Shown: positions 1 through 10,333 of the stretch, one piece after another
How the letters are laid out: each line of letters opens with the position of its first letter
Numbering within the stretch: position 1 is the stretch's first letter
NCBI GenBank assembly: GCA_963803805.1
Contig: CAWDOD010000004.1
Span: 160,001-224,000, forward strand
Origin: an uncultured cyanobacterium
GTDB taxonomy: Bacteria > Cyanobacteriota > Cyanobacteriia > Cyanobacteriales > CAWCAG01
DNA: 64,000 bases
Direction: 5' to 3'
Made by a program: the position numbers and the translations under genes
The notes under the pieces: generated by a model
What the model saw: the letters and a program-made list of their open reading frames with translations, nothing else
Database searches by the model: none
What the model was told of the DNA's origin: nothing

Positions 1-180
1 CCCAATGAGTTTACCAATTTCGTTACTACGGGCTTGTAATTGAGTCCGCTTAGTTTCTATTTCCCGTTGTTGTTTGTCCAAGTCTAAAATAGGCTGGAGG
101 TTATATTCCCCGGCACTACGACTATCTAATCGTTCTTGAACAAAAGCTTGATTTTCTCTAATTTGCTTGAGGTCTAGCAC
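1..180 (-). CDS. serS: Seryl-tRNA synthetase, 5' part (runs off window start)
   Basis: Manual translation from GTG at 180 gives [60 protein letters not shown], the typical SerRS N-terminal coiled-coil arm; absent from the ORF track. Confidence 0.92.
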   Translation of the reverse strand, partial: MLDLKQIRENQAFVQERLDSRSAGEYNLQPILDLDKQQREIETKRTQLQARSNEIGKLIG

Positions 181-269
181 AAACTTAAACTTAGTAGCTG
201 AATGACTTATTCTTTTTGTAGAATATCTTGTTTTCGTAGGTTAAATAACTAGCAATCCAAAAAGCGAAC

Positions 270-842
270 TTAACGAGTAATTCTATTTAGAAGCCAAAGA
301 GAAGAAAGAACACCAGAAAAATGGGCTGCAATAGTATTAGTATTGGCTTGAATAACAAACAAATCAATGGGTTTAACAAACTGAGTTGTATTGGGCGTAG
401 CCAGGGTTCCCTGGGCAATAGTGAGGGTTTTAGCCAACACGATACCAACAATAGCTTCTGCGCCAATGATCGTAATTACCATGCCAATTAAGTTAACCAT
501 TAACCCCATTCTAATCACTCTGATAGTATCTGCTTTCTTAGGACGTTGACTTGCATCAGGACTTCTGAGAAGCTTAGCAATAGTCCTGTAGCGGAAAGAA
601 TAGTAAATACCTCCCCCAAGAGCGACTAAACCGCAAAGAGCGCAAAAAATACCAAATTCTGCTCCTGGAGTAGATTGTTCTCCATCCAATAAACCAGGAC
701 TAGCAAACAAAACGGTTACGGTAGAGATAACTCCTAAAATTAGTTGTATCCAAAAACCGATAGAACCACAGGACTTCATGGCTAAGGAAGCTCGTTCTAC
801 TTCAGGGCGCAAGGAAGAAGAAAGTTGAGACTGTTCATTCAT
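270..842 (-). CDS. DUF3611 family membrane protein (Tic21/PIC1-like)
   Basis: Motifs GFWIQLILGVIS and DLFVIQANTNTIAAHF; several TM segments. Confidence 0.85.
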   Translation of the reverse strand: MNEQSQLSSSLRPEVERASLAMKSCGSIGFWIQLILGVISTVTVLFASPGLLDGEQSTPGAEFGIFCALCGLVALGGGIYYSFRYRTIAKLLRSPDASQRPKKADTIRVIRMGLMVNLIGMVITIIGAEAIVGIVLAKTLTIAQGTLATPNTTQFVKPIDLFVIQANTNTIAAHFSGVLSSLWLLNRITR

Positions 843-1145
843 AGGATTTTCACCAAGGTAAAAGGAGTCATCTCAATGAGGGTTGTTATTTGCCATTGGG
901 GTGAAAAGGCTACTCTTCGCTTTTGGCATTCTAACAACTTTGGGATACTTATTAGACAAAATAAAGTGGTAAATTCAGTAATACTCAATTAGTTGACCGT
1001 CGCTGCCCATAACCGTTAAATAAAACAAAAATTTTCATATATTGAGAAGTTTTATTTGCTTTATCAAAGAAATTGCCGTAACTTAAAACGGGGTGCGCAA
1101 AACTTTGTCTCATTTTTGGCTAGCAGTTTAGCAAAGAAACCTTAA

Positions 1146-1161
1146 TGTATTTTTTGCTACA
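1146..1161. promoter_or_regulatory. Candidate NtcA binding site
   Basis: TGTA-TTTTTTGC-TACA matches GTA-N8-TAC; imperfect -10 box (CATGAT) 22 nt downstream on the + strand. Confidence 0.45.
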
Positions 1162-1665
1162 AAACCTCCCCAACCTCTTCTCCATGATAAAAACTGGAGC
1201 TAAAAGTGAATCTGAAGTTTAGTTCCTCAAAAAATAGGAAACATATGCTATGGGTATATCTAGAAAGCGCTGTTAGCCGTTATAGTATAAAAGCTGTCTT
1301 CTGAATACTTTAAAAAGTGTTACTGAATGAAGCAAATACAGGTCAAATTGCTCTACCAAGCTTTGCCAACAGTTTCTTTTTTCCCCTAGACCGTATTTTC
1401 CCCTTATTTATCCGCAGGGTTCCGCAGATACCAAACGCCTACCAGAACTTATAGCTTTAAAATGCAAATGAATGTTCAACAAAAGGCAACATCAGTTCAC
1501 TTTTCTCCGTCTCATATCAGGGGCATTTGGTACTTACGGGCAAAATACTCTCTTCAAATTTGCTATATAACCCTGACGAGAGTATATAGAATTGTATTAG
1601 CTAATGAGGGCCAAAATTTGTTCTATTTACATGGCACTAAAGCAACCAATGTTTCTCCTTTGACT

Positions 1666-1719
1666 TATTGACCCGCCAGGAAGCAGCGGAAGATCAATAG
1701 CTTTTTTTTATTTGCTTCC
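1666..1719 (+). promoter_or_regulatory. Structured leader element upstream of pex (hairpin plus T-run; loop complementary to downstream sequence)
   Basis: TATTGA-C-CCGC-CAGGAAGCA-GCGG-AAGA-TCAATA followed by a T8 run; loop GGAAGCA is complementary to TGCTTCC at 1713-1719. Confidence 0.4.
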
Positions 1720-1806
1720 ATCAGGAGTGTATCGTCAGTTAACCAAATATAGGAGTTCTCAATCAATCACATTGATTGGGAAGTTTGACGAGTAATACAC
1801 ATGCAC

Positions 1807-2160
1807 ATGAAATTTGATGATATCTATAAATTCTTCCAGACCCCTCCCCCACTATATTTGAATAAAGAACTAGCTGTATGTTACGTACTTTCAGTTCTTT
1901 TACAGGGAGAATCTTACGGAACCGAACTCATTGAGTTACTAGAAAAAAGGTATCCTACCTACAGGCTATCTGATACGGTTCTCTATAGTGCCTTAAAATT
2001 CTTGGAAGAAGAAGGGACAATTGCCGGTTATTGGAAAAAGGTTGAAGGACGAGGCCGCCCTCGCCGAATGTATCAAGTTTGTTCAACAGCTCGGAAACAA
2101 ACTGAAGAATTAGCTAGCTTCTGGCGAGATTACATCGCTAGAGAAAGCCAAGCTATGTAA
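1807..2160 (+). CDS. pex: PadR-family transcriptional regulator, circadian period extender Pex homologue
   Basis: MKFDDIYKFF..PPPLYLNKELAVCYVLSVL..ESYGTELI and GRGRPRRMY, typical of cyanobacterial Pex. Confidence 0.85.
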   Translation: MKFDDIYKFFQTPPPLYLNKELAVCYVLSVLLQGESYGTELIELLEKRYPTYRLSDTVLYSALKFLEEEGTIAGYWKKVEGRGRPRRMYQVCSTARKQTEELASFWRDYIARESQAM

Positions 2161-2426
2161 TGTTTGATGCTAGCTGGGTTAGGGAAGAAGGAAAGATTTG
2201 CTAATGTCCTAAAATCACCCAACAGCTTTTTTAGGAGAGAGTTGGGATGGTAATTAGTAAGAGATTTATATTATAACCTTTTGCCTGGTTATCATACTGT
2301 CTTAGGGAGGACATAATTCTTAAGTCTAGGAAAAAAAGGGCAAACTGTTTTTAATCCTTTCTAGATTCCCGTTACCCGCTACCATCAATCTTATACATAG
2401 TGTTTGGCTTATTTTTTAGACGACCC

Positions 2427-2963
2427 GTGAATAATCCTATTCTTTCTTCTACTTTTTTCTTGACTTTGTTACTCATGGTGGGTCTATTCTTTTTTATTCG
2501 GGCTTCGGTTAAGGATAGAATTCAACAATTACAACTAGTTACAGAAGAATCAGTTGAATCTCTTTTACCAACTTTGCAACAATATTTTTCTCAGAGAGCT
2601 TATCAAGTAGCTTCTAGTGAAGCCCAAAACAATTTAGTCATTTTCCAAGGATTTGTACAACCCAGCTTATTTTTAGCAGTTTTCTTAACAGTTTTAGCTG
2701 CTTGTGGATTGCTTTGTTTCGCTGTGGTGTTATCTTTCCTTTTTCCTGATTCTGGTGGTTTGTTTCTCTTGCTAACCATACTAGCACCAGTGTCAGGAAT
2801 ATTTTATTGGCGAAAATCTGGCCGTATTGAGGAAGTAGCTTTAAAAGTGGAAAAAAATGATAGTAATGACCAACAAACTATTGTTACTGTTACAGGTCAT
2901 CGTGATGAACTAGCACAACTGAAGCAAGCTTGGCCTCTTAAAATTGCTAGCTTATCAAAGTAA
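2427..2963 (+). CDS. ccb1: Cofactor assembly of complex C subunit B (CCB1, DUF3529)
   Basis: STFFLTLLLMVGLFFFIRASVKDR N-terminus, FYWRKSGRIE and GHRDEL motifs; GTG at 2427 preferred as start. Confidence 0.85.
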   Translation: MNNPILSSTFFLTLLLMVGLFFFIRASVKDRIQQLQLVTEESVESLLPTLQQYFSQRAYQVASSEAQNNLVIFQGFVQPSLFLAVFLTVLAACGLLCFAVVLSFLFPDSGGLFLLLTILAPVSGIFYWRKSGRIEEVALKVEKNDSNDQQTIVTVTGHRDELAQLKQAWPLKIASLSK

Positions 2964-2972
2964 AAATTAAAA

Positions 2973-3047
2973 ACCCCACTCATCACAAATGAGTAGGGTC
3001 AATAGATTTCATGTTAGTCCCCAATTCATTTTAAATAAATTGGGGAC
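2973..3047. terminator. Two hairpins between convergent genes
   Basis: ACCCCACTCAT/ATGAGTAGGGT (T-run on - strand) and GTCCCCAATT/AATTGGGGAC. Confidence 0.6.
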
Positions 3048-3147
3048 AGCAAAAAAATAATTCTACCTTTAGTTCATAAAGTTCATTGTCATAGGGCAAT
3101 GAAAAAGAAAAAACGAAAGTGTAATTATTATAAATTGCTGTGAGTAA

Positions 3148-3462
3148 TTACTTACTTCCAGCATTTACAAGAACTTTTTGCTGAGGCTGAATTGTCCGCA
3201 AACTGGGAAAAAGAAAATGGTTTTCTTCAACATATTGAGCGCCAAATAAACCTTTTTCTGCCCAGAAATAGCGGTCTGTCGTATGCTCATTTCGCTTAAC
3301 AACCAATAAAGCTGGGGGAGCAATGCCCTCAGAAGCAATGTATTTGCGTGCTGCTGTAACTGGTTTGTCCTCGCCGCTCTCTAGATTATGCTGTGGTACT
3401 AATTCTAGAATTTTACGCCCTTCTTGACGGCGACGACTTTTCCGCTTGCGTTTTCTTGCCAA
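3148..3462 (-). CDS. DUF3155 family conserved cyanobacterial protein
   Basis: MARKRKRKSRRRQEGRKILE and RNEHTTDRYFWAEKGLFGAQY. Confidence 0.85.
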   Translation of the reverse strand: MARKRKRKSRRRQEGRKILELVPQHNLESGEDKPVTAARKYIASEGIAPPALLVVKRNEHTTDRYFWAEKGLFGAQYVEENHFLFPSLRTIQPQQKVLVNAGSK

Positions 3463-3864
3463 CCTGCTTACCTCCTATTTCGGCTAATAGCTGTAATCAT
3501 CGTTACAAAAGCCGTCGAAAGTATATCCGGTTTCGCCAAAAATATCAACCACTTGATAGCAATTTATCTTTGCTAATCTCGTAAATACGATGTACATTAT
3601 CGGCTATGAATCCTGATGATAACTGAATTTGAGCAGCTTCCGTAAAAAAAGTGATTTTTTTAACAAAAAGTATAACTTGATGAGTTGCTGTATCACAACA
3701 GAATCTCGAAACCAGCAATTTTCCCAAGCTATTGTCAGTCCTAAAATAAAAAAAAGAAAAGTATCTTAGACTGAAATACTATCATGGACTTATTGTCGCA
3801 GAAATCTATCAAAAAGCCCACACCCTGAACCCTAGTGGGCAGAAAAATATTTGAGTTCAACTTC

Positions 3865-5247
3865 ATGTTTGTTCCAGCCAGCCAAGAATTTGTTGCCCTT
3901 TGCCAAGCTCAGATTGCGATCCTAACTAAAACATTAGGTGCAGCTTGGAGTGCTGTTTATTTGACCCAAGGATGGTTAGAGGAGAGCCGCAAACTTATAC
4001 CTGTAGTGGTTCATCCTGAAGTGGCAGTTTGGCAGAATAAGCAGCCTTTAGCCCTATCTCCGGAAACCTGGAAGCAGGTTGACTCTAGCCCTAAATTAAT
4101 TGATTCGACGAATAAGACTGAGACTAAAACTGATGCTAACAGTTCCCAGTCTCAAAACGCAGAAGTATTAGTTGAAGAGCTTTTATTGGGGCAGCATCAA
4201 ATAGTTTTGCCTTTGATCCATGAAGAAATTGTCATGGGTTTGTTGGTGACTAGGCGTGAAGATCGTGATTGGAACAATTATGAATTGACTCAAATTGAAA
4301 ATATTGCTAGAACCTTAACTATTGCTTGTTTGTTAGATAAGAGACAAAGGTGGTACAAACAGCAATTAAATGAGCAAAAAAACTTTGCCCTGAATCAAAA
4401 AGATCACTTAGATGATCTGCTCCATCAATTACGCAATCCTTTGACGGCTTTGCGTACTTTTAGTAAATTGTTGTTGAAACGTTTGTTGCCAGAAGATCGT
4501 AACCACAAACTTGCTAAGAGTATGATTGAACAAAGCGATCGCCTTCAAGAGTTATTACAGCAAATGGATATTTATCTTGCTCAAATGGATCTAGCAGATG
4601 AATCTAAAAGTTTCAGAGCTAGTCCTAAAGATTCTGTAAATTCAACACTATCTTTGTTGCCCGGCAAGCTAGAATTATCATCTTTTAAAGTAGAAGAAGT
4701 TTTAGAACCTCTGTTGATTTCTGGAGCCGCGATCGCTCAAGAAAGAAATTTAGAATTGATTGCTGATCTGTCCCCGGATTTACCCTTGGTTAAAGCAAAT
4801 CCTTTAGCTTTAAGGGAGGTTTTAAATAACTTAATTGATAATGCTTTGAAATATACCCCTCCAGGGGGAAAGATTTATCTTCGTAGTTTGGAAAGACAAA
4901 CAACTCAAACAACTTTCCAAGGTATTGCTATTTACGATGAGGGGCCAGGTATTCCTTCCCAGGATCAAAAACATATTTTTGAGCGCCATTATCGAGGAGT
5001 ACAATCCCAAGGAGATATTCAAGGTAGTGGTTTGGGTTTAGCGATCGCTAAGGCATTGGTAGAACAAATGCACGGGGAAATTGAGTTGATTAGCCCTGTT
5101 GAAGGGCGAGAAGATAATTTATTAGCCCCTGGAACTGCATTTGTTGTTTGGTTGCCTATAAATGGAATCCAGGGTTCAGGGGTAAACGTTTCTAGCTTGG
5201 CAAGAACAAATACTGTTATCAATAGTCAAATGTTTGATGATAAATGA
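3865..5247 (+). CDS. GAF-domain sensor histidine kinase
   Basis: H-box LLHQLRNPLTAL, N-box NLIDNALKY, DEGPGI and GSGLGL; GAF-like N-terminus. Confidence 0.9.
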   Translation: MFVPASQEFVALCQAQIAILTKTLGAAWSAVYLTQGWLEESRKLIPVVVHPEVAVWQNKQPLALSPETWKQVDSSPKLIDSTNKTETKTDANSSQSQNAEVLVEELLLGQHQIVLPLIHEEIVMGLLVTRREDRDWNNYELTQIENIARTLTIACLLDKRQRWYKQQLNEQKNFALNQKDHLDDLLHQLRNPLTALRTFSKLLLKRLLPEDRNHKLAKSMIEQSDRLQELLQQMDIYLAQMDLADESKSFRASPKDSVNSTLSLLPGKLELSSFKVEEVLEPLLISGAAIAQERNLELIADLSPDLPLVKANPLALREVLNNLIDNALKYTPPGGKIYLRSLERQTTQTTFQGIAIYDEGPGIPSQDQKHIFERHYRGVQSQGDIQGSGLGLAIAKALVEQMHGEIELISPVEGREDNLLAPGTAFVVWLPINGIQGSGVNVSSLARTNTVINSQMFDDK

Positions 5248-5347
5248 TCAATGGCATAAGCTACTCCTAGAGAGATGAAAGTTAACTAGAAGCAGAGTAA
5301 ATTGGGTTAAATAATTACAAGGCGTGGATATTAACTAGCAACTACCA

Positions 5348-6640
5348 ATGTGGAAATATAAACATCAGCAAATTTTTAAGCTAGCAGTAGCAATCTCAAT
5401 CAGTTTGGGAGTTATTAATTCTGGTAGCATCAAAGCAGAAGGTTTAAAACAACAGCCGAGAACTAAACAAGTTGTTGATGGTCTTTATACTAATAATCTC
5501 GAAGCCGCAGCATCCTTTCAACAAGGGATGACTTTTTATAATCGAGGCAACAAACAAAAAGCTAGGGAGTTTTTTATCGAGGCTTTGGAATCTGAGCCTT
5601 ATATGGCTATGGCTCATTATATGCTGGCTAATGTTTATTCAGAAGAAGGAAAATTAGCTAAGGCGATCGCCCATTATCGGCAAACCATTGGTTACAAACC
5701 TAATATGACCGATGCTCACTATAATTTAGGTTTAGCCTTATATCGCCAAGGGGACGTTGAAGAGGCTAATAGACAATTTCAGCGCACCATCGAACTAGAT
5801 CCTGACTTTACTCAGGCTTATTACAATCAGGGTTTAGTTTTATACAGCCAAGGTAATTACACTCAAGCTAATCAATCTTTTCAACAAGCTAGTGATCTTA
5901 ATCCTGATGATCCTCAGCCTCTATATAACCAAGGTTTAATCGCTATTAAGCAAGGAAGAACAGAGCAAGCTATTGGTCAAATTGAGCAAGCTTTAGCTGT
6001 TGATGCTAATTTTGCCCCAGCCTATTATCAATTGGGGTTATTATACGCTAACCAAGGTCAGTTAGAATTGGCTAGAGAAAATCTTAACAAAGCATCTCAA
6101 GTTGCCCCTAACGATCCACAAATTCAATACAATTTGGGTCTAGTTTATGTTCAACTAGAAAATTATGATGCGGCGAGGGTAAGGTTTGAACAAGCAGCAA
6201 GGCTTGATAAAAACAATGCTAGTGCTTATCGTCAGTTAGGGGTTGTTCGCCTCAAGCAAGGCAATTTCAATGGGGCAGCAGAGGCATTGGAGAAAGCCCA
6301 AACTCTTGATGGTGATTCTAACGCCAGAGATCCGGTGCTTAGTTACAACTTAGGAGTAGCTTATCAGCGTTCCGAAAATTGTGAGGCAGCGATTTCTAGC
6401 TACCAAGAAGCTATTTTCCTTGATCCTAATCTTGCTCCAGCTTTCCATAATCTTGGGGTTTGTTTACACAAAACTGGACGTACAGAAGAAGCTGTTTCTT
6501 TTCTTATTGAAGCGAAGAAGCTCTATCTCCAACAAAATAACCAAGAAAAAGCAGCAGAAATTGACAATTATGTTCGGGGGGCAATTATTCCTGCTCTTTC
6601 TCCTACCCCACCAAGGGTTGAAGAGAAACCTGCAACATAG
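5348..6640 (+). CDS. Secreted TPR-repeat protein
   Basis: Signal-peptide-like N-terminus and about ten 34-aa TPRs (AHYNLGLAL, AYYNQGLVL, YNLGVAY). Confidence 0.85.
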   Translation: MWKYKHQQIFKLAVAISISLGVINSGSIKAEGLKQQPRTKQVVDGLYTNNLEAAASFQQGMTFYNRGNKQKAREFFIEALESEPYMAMAHYMLANVYSEEGKLAKAIAHYRQTIGYKPNMTDAHYNLGLALYRQGDVEEANRQFQRTIELDPDFTQAYYNQGLVLYSQGNYTQANQSFQQASDLNPDDPQPLYNQGLIAIKQGRTEQAIGQIEQALAVDANFAPAYYQLGLLYANQGQLELARENLNKASQVAPNDPQIQYNLGLVYVQLENYDAARVRFEQAARLDKNNASAYRQLGVVRLKQGNFNGAAEALEKAQTLDGDSNARDPVLSYNLGVAYQRSENCEAAISSYQEAIFLDPNLAPAFHNLGVCLHKTGRTEEAVSFLIEAKKLYLQQNNQEKAAEIDNYVRGAIIPALSPTPPRVEEKPAT

Positions 6641-6942
6641 AGTGAAATATAGCAGTTCTTATGGCAATGAGAACTGCTAACCTGCCATAACAGTCAAAGG
6701 TGAGGGCTTCTTAGTTATATAAACTAAGCATTTTCTGTTAGTTGAAGAGTTTACAGGGCTATTGACTAATTATTTATCAATGGACAATGGACAATTGGTT
6801 AATTGTCCATTGATAAATATTCTATACGTTTAGGTAATTTCTTATTTACTTGCCTGAACTCACAATATAGAGTGGAGCAAAGAACTCTCTTGATTTTTGA
6901 TTATGCCTCCGGTAACGGTAAGCTGCATAATTTCCAATTTCC

Positions 6943-8187
6943 ATGAACAATGTTACTAACAACCCCATAATTCTCAGAGTTGGTAAAGTAGCGATCGCTA
7001 CTTTAGCAGCAACGGTAGCGGTGCTTTTGCTACGTCAACTGGGGTTTTTAGAAGTTTTTGAGTTCCAAGCTTTTGACCATTTCTTACGGGGGCAACCTAG
7101 AGAAAAGGAAGATCGGGTTTTAGTGGTAGGTATTACAGAAGAAGATCTTACTTCTTTACAAGCTTCTAGTGTACCCGATGGGGTTATGGCAGAAGCTATC
7201 AAGGAACTGCAAAAGAGTGATGCTAGAGTTATTGCCTTAGATGTGTTGCGAGATATTCCTGTGGGGGAGGGGCGAGAAGAATTATTAGAAGAGTTTACCG
7301 AGTCTAATGTAGTAGTTGCTTGTCAAATGAACGAAGGAGAAAATCCCGGAGTTGCCCCACCTCCTGATCTGCCCGAAGAACAAGTTGGTTTTGCCGATTT
7401 GCCTATCGATATTGATAATATACAGCGTCGCACTCTTTTATTAGGTATTCCCGCTTTAGCTGAAAAAGAATATGACAACGAACATTTGTGTAATGATCCT
7501 AATGCGGATCTTTATTCCCTTGCTTTCGCTACAACGACTTTATATCTAGAGCAAGAAGACATTGAAGCTGAGTTTACTGAAGATGATCAAATTAAGTTAG
7601 GTGCAGCGACTATAGAACCTTTGACAAATAATGCTGGGGGTTATGTAGATGCCTATAACGATGGTTTCCAGATATTAATTGATTATCCTTTCGGGGCAAA
7701 ACCTCAGAATCTAGTTAGTTTAGGGGATGTGATCGCCGGGAAAGTAGATCCTGTTTTAATTCGTGATCGCGCTGTCTTAATTGGTTATACAGCCCAAAGC
7801 GCTCAAGATATTTTTGAAACCCCTTTCAGTGCTATTTCTGATACGAATCCTCTCATGCCTGGGGTAGTCATTCATGGGCAAATTGTCAGCCAACTTTTAG
7901 GGGCAGCTTTAGATGATCGCCCTTTAATTTGGTACGCCTCTGAACCGGGAGAATGGTTATGGATATTAGCTTGGGCAACAGTAGGAGGCATTGTTGCTTC
8001 TGCTAAAACCAAACTTTGGTTAATGCTAATTCTAGATGGAGTTGCGATCGCCATTTTATGGACAGTTTGCTACAGCATTTTTCAGTCAGGAGGTTGGCTG
8101 CCTTTAATTCCACCAGCTTTAGCTTTAATAGGGAGCAGTGTTGCTGTTAAAGTAATTCCTAGTTCCCTCTTTTCCGGAGATATCTGA
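6943..8187 (+). CDS. CHASE2-domain membrane sensor with no cytoplasmic output domain
   Basis: FDHFLR, VVGITEEDL, IALDVLRD, VGFADLPID..RR, DIFETPF, MPGVVIHGQIVSQL, then three TMs and a stop. Confidence 0.88.
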   Translation: MNNVTNNPIILRVGKVAIATLAATVAVLLLRQLGFLEVFEFQAFDHFLRGQPREKEDRVLVVGITEEDLTSLQASSVPDGVMAEAIKELQKSDARVIALDVLRDIPVGEGREELLEEFTESNVVVACQMNEGENPGVAPPPDLPEEQVGFADLPIDIDNIQRRTLLLGIPALAEKEYDNEHLCNDPNADLYSLAFATTTLYLEQEDIEAEFTEDDQIKLGAATIEPLTNNAGGYVDAYNDGFQILIDYPFGAKPQNLVSLGDVIAGKVDPVLIRDRAVLIGYTAQSAQDIFETPFSAISDTNPLMPGVVIHGQIVSQLLGAALDDRPLIWYASEPGEWLWILAWATVGGIVASAKTKLWLMLILDGVAIAILWTVCYSIFQSGGWLPLIPPALALIGSSVAVKVIPSSLFSGDI

Positions 8188-8271
8188 TAATTCATTGCTT
8201 CTTTGCAACAAAGCTTGGGAAAATTCCACTAGAATAATCCCAGAAGAAGATAATGAAGCTGTTTAATTTTT

Positions 8272-9753
8272 ATGCCCGATAAGCAATCCTGGGACTTCAA
8301 GAGATTTTTTAAAACTCTTACCTATTTTGAAATAATTCCTTTTATTGGCAGCCTGAAATGTTTGAGAAGAATGATTCTTGGAGAGGAAGACAAAGAGCTT
8401 ATGAGTTCTAATATTAACCAAACAGATATGGTTTTGGTTGCAGGGGCAACTGGGGGTGTGGGTAAGCGAGTTGTTAAGCAACTCCAAGAGCTTAATTACC
8501 CGGTGCGAGTTTTGGTACGGAGTATTGAGAGAGCAAAAGGCATCCTGGGAGAAGATTTAGATTTTTATGAAGGGGATATTACCATTCCCAAAACCCTGCA
8601 ACCAGAGTTGATGGAAGATGTTGCAGCAGTTATTTGTTGTACAGGGACGCGGGTTCAACCTGTCGAAGGAGATACTCCTAACCGGGATAAATATTATCAA
8701 GGGGTGAAGTTTTACCAACCAGAGATTGCTGAATCAACCCCGGAGGCGGTGGAATATAAGGGAGTAAAGAACTTAGTTACTTTAGCGGCGCAACATCTCA
8801 ACGACGCAACCACAACTACTATCTTTGATTTTAACCATCCAACCCAAGAATTAAAAGAGGCTTGGGGTGCTGTTGATGATGTGGTTATGGGGGGTGCGAG
8901 TGAAAGTAGCATGAAAATGTTAGGCAAAACAGCTTTGTTTTCTGGTAATGCTTCGGTAGCTAATTCCGGAGGATTCGCTTCTGTCCGCAACCGCAACTTT
9001 AATCCTCCCCTAGATTTATCTGGCTATGAAGGTTTTGAGTTGCACCTTAAAGGGGATGGCAAACGTTATAAATTTATTGCCCGTTGCGAGGGGAAGTGGG
9101 ATGGGGTTAGTTATTGTTATTCCTTTGATACTTCAAAGTCGCAATGGCTAACAGTGCATATCCCCTTTGCGGAATTGATTCCTGTATTTCGGGCTAAGAC
9201 TCTTACTGAGGCTGATAGTTTTGCCGCAGCAAAAACCTACGCAGTACAGTTAATGTACAGTAAGTTTGAATACGATGGGGAACTCAACCCAACTTTTGAA
9301 CCTGGTCATTTTGACTTAGAGATCGCTTCCATTAAAGCTTATGGTGGTAAACAAGTGCCTCAGTTTGTGATGATTAGTTCTGCTGGTGTTACCCGTCCCG
9401 GTCGTCCTGGCATTAATTTAGCAGAAGAACCTCCGGCTGTGAGGATGAATGATATGTTAGGAGGAATTTTAACCTGGAAGTTACGGGGTGAAGATGCAGT
9501 GAGGGGAAGCGGTTTAAGTTATACGATTGTTAGACCTTGCGCTTTGACCGAAGATGCAGGGGGCAAAGCTTTAACCTTTGACCAAGGAGATAATCTCAAA
9601 GGTCAGGTGAGCAGAGAAGATGTTGCTGAACTTTGTATTGCGGCGATCACAACTTCTGAGGCTGTTAATAAAACCTTTGAGGTAAGGCAAGAAGAGGGGA
9701 TGCAGCCAGAAAAAGATTGGGTTGATTTGTGGGGTGGTTTGAATTCTGATTAA
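8272..9753 (+). CDS. NAD(P)-binding (SDR-like) protein with inserted CIA30 domain
   Basis: VAGATGGVG Rossmann motif; CIA30 motifs WGAVDDVVMGG.S.S and GGFASVR. Confidence 0.9.
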   Translation: MPDKQSWDFKRFFKTLTYFEIIPFIGSLKCLRRMILGEEDKELMSSNINQTDMVLVAGATGGVGKRVVKQLQELNYPVRVLVRSIERAKGILGEDLDFYEGDITIPKTLQPELMEDVAAVICCTGTRVQPVEGDTPNRDKYYQGVKFYQPEIAESTPEAVEYKGVKNLVTLAAQHLNDATTTTIFDFNHPTQELKEAWGAVDDVVMGGASESSMKMLGKTALFSGNASVANSGGFASVRNRNFNPPLDLSGYEGFELHLKGDGKRYKFIARCEGKWDGVSYCYSFDTSKSQWLTVHIPFAELIPVFRAKTLTEADSFAAAKTYAVQLMYSKFEYDGELNPTFEPGHFDLEIASIKAYGGKQVPQFVMISSAGVTRPGRPGINLAEEPPAVRMNDMLGGILTWKLRGEDAVRGSGLSYTIVRPCALTEDAGGKALTFDQGDNLKGQVSREDVAELCIAAITTSEAVNKTFEVRQEEGMQPEKDWVDLWGGLNSD

Positions 9754-10333
9754 GAAAAAAAAGGAACCGCGTTTTTGGGTGTTTTTGTTTTCTCTATAAA
9801 AGTTTTTAAAAACTGATTTCAAGAACGCAGCTTTTCCACCGTGTACAGAATATCATGTCAAAGCTGATAAGTAAAGCTTTTCTTGTGCTTCTCCTTGCTT
9901 CAAATGATTTAAACAAAGAGTCCTAATTTCACTTTTGTTAAGCTTGATAAAGCTTCTATTTGGTAACGTAGCTTTAATGGTTTGAGCCATAGTATACTTG
10001 ACAGTTAATATTTAAGAAGATGTAAATTGGTATTTGGTGTCCAATTTTCCTCACAACTAGTACAAAATAGCTGCAAACCTACCTTTTCCCATTCAAATAG
10101 CAAAATTTTGTTATCTTTCCAGAAGAAAAGATTTAGGAGTGCGAAACTTTCTAAAAAATGGCAACTTAACAATCACTTGACAAAAAGGCGTTTCTGTGAA
10201 GCAGAATGTAGAAATTAAACTATGAAGTGAAGTTGCGATTATGCCGACGGGGATACTTTGCGATCGCTACCTATCTTCTACAACATCCTATGTTCTATCA
10301 TTCAAGAATAGAATTTTAATTCCCGACGTAGAT

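Noticed and set aside
1462..1671. 69-aa ORF in the pex upstream region
   Set aside because: No recognisable motif or ribosome-binding site; likely a chance ORF in regulatory DNA
1672..1692. SRP RNA (ffs), suggested by CAGGAAGCAGC
   Set aside because: Lacks the TCAGG-CCGGAAGG-AGCAGC domain IV arrangement and the long flanking helix
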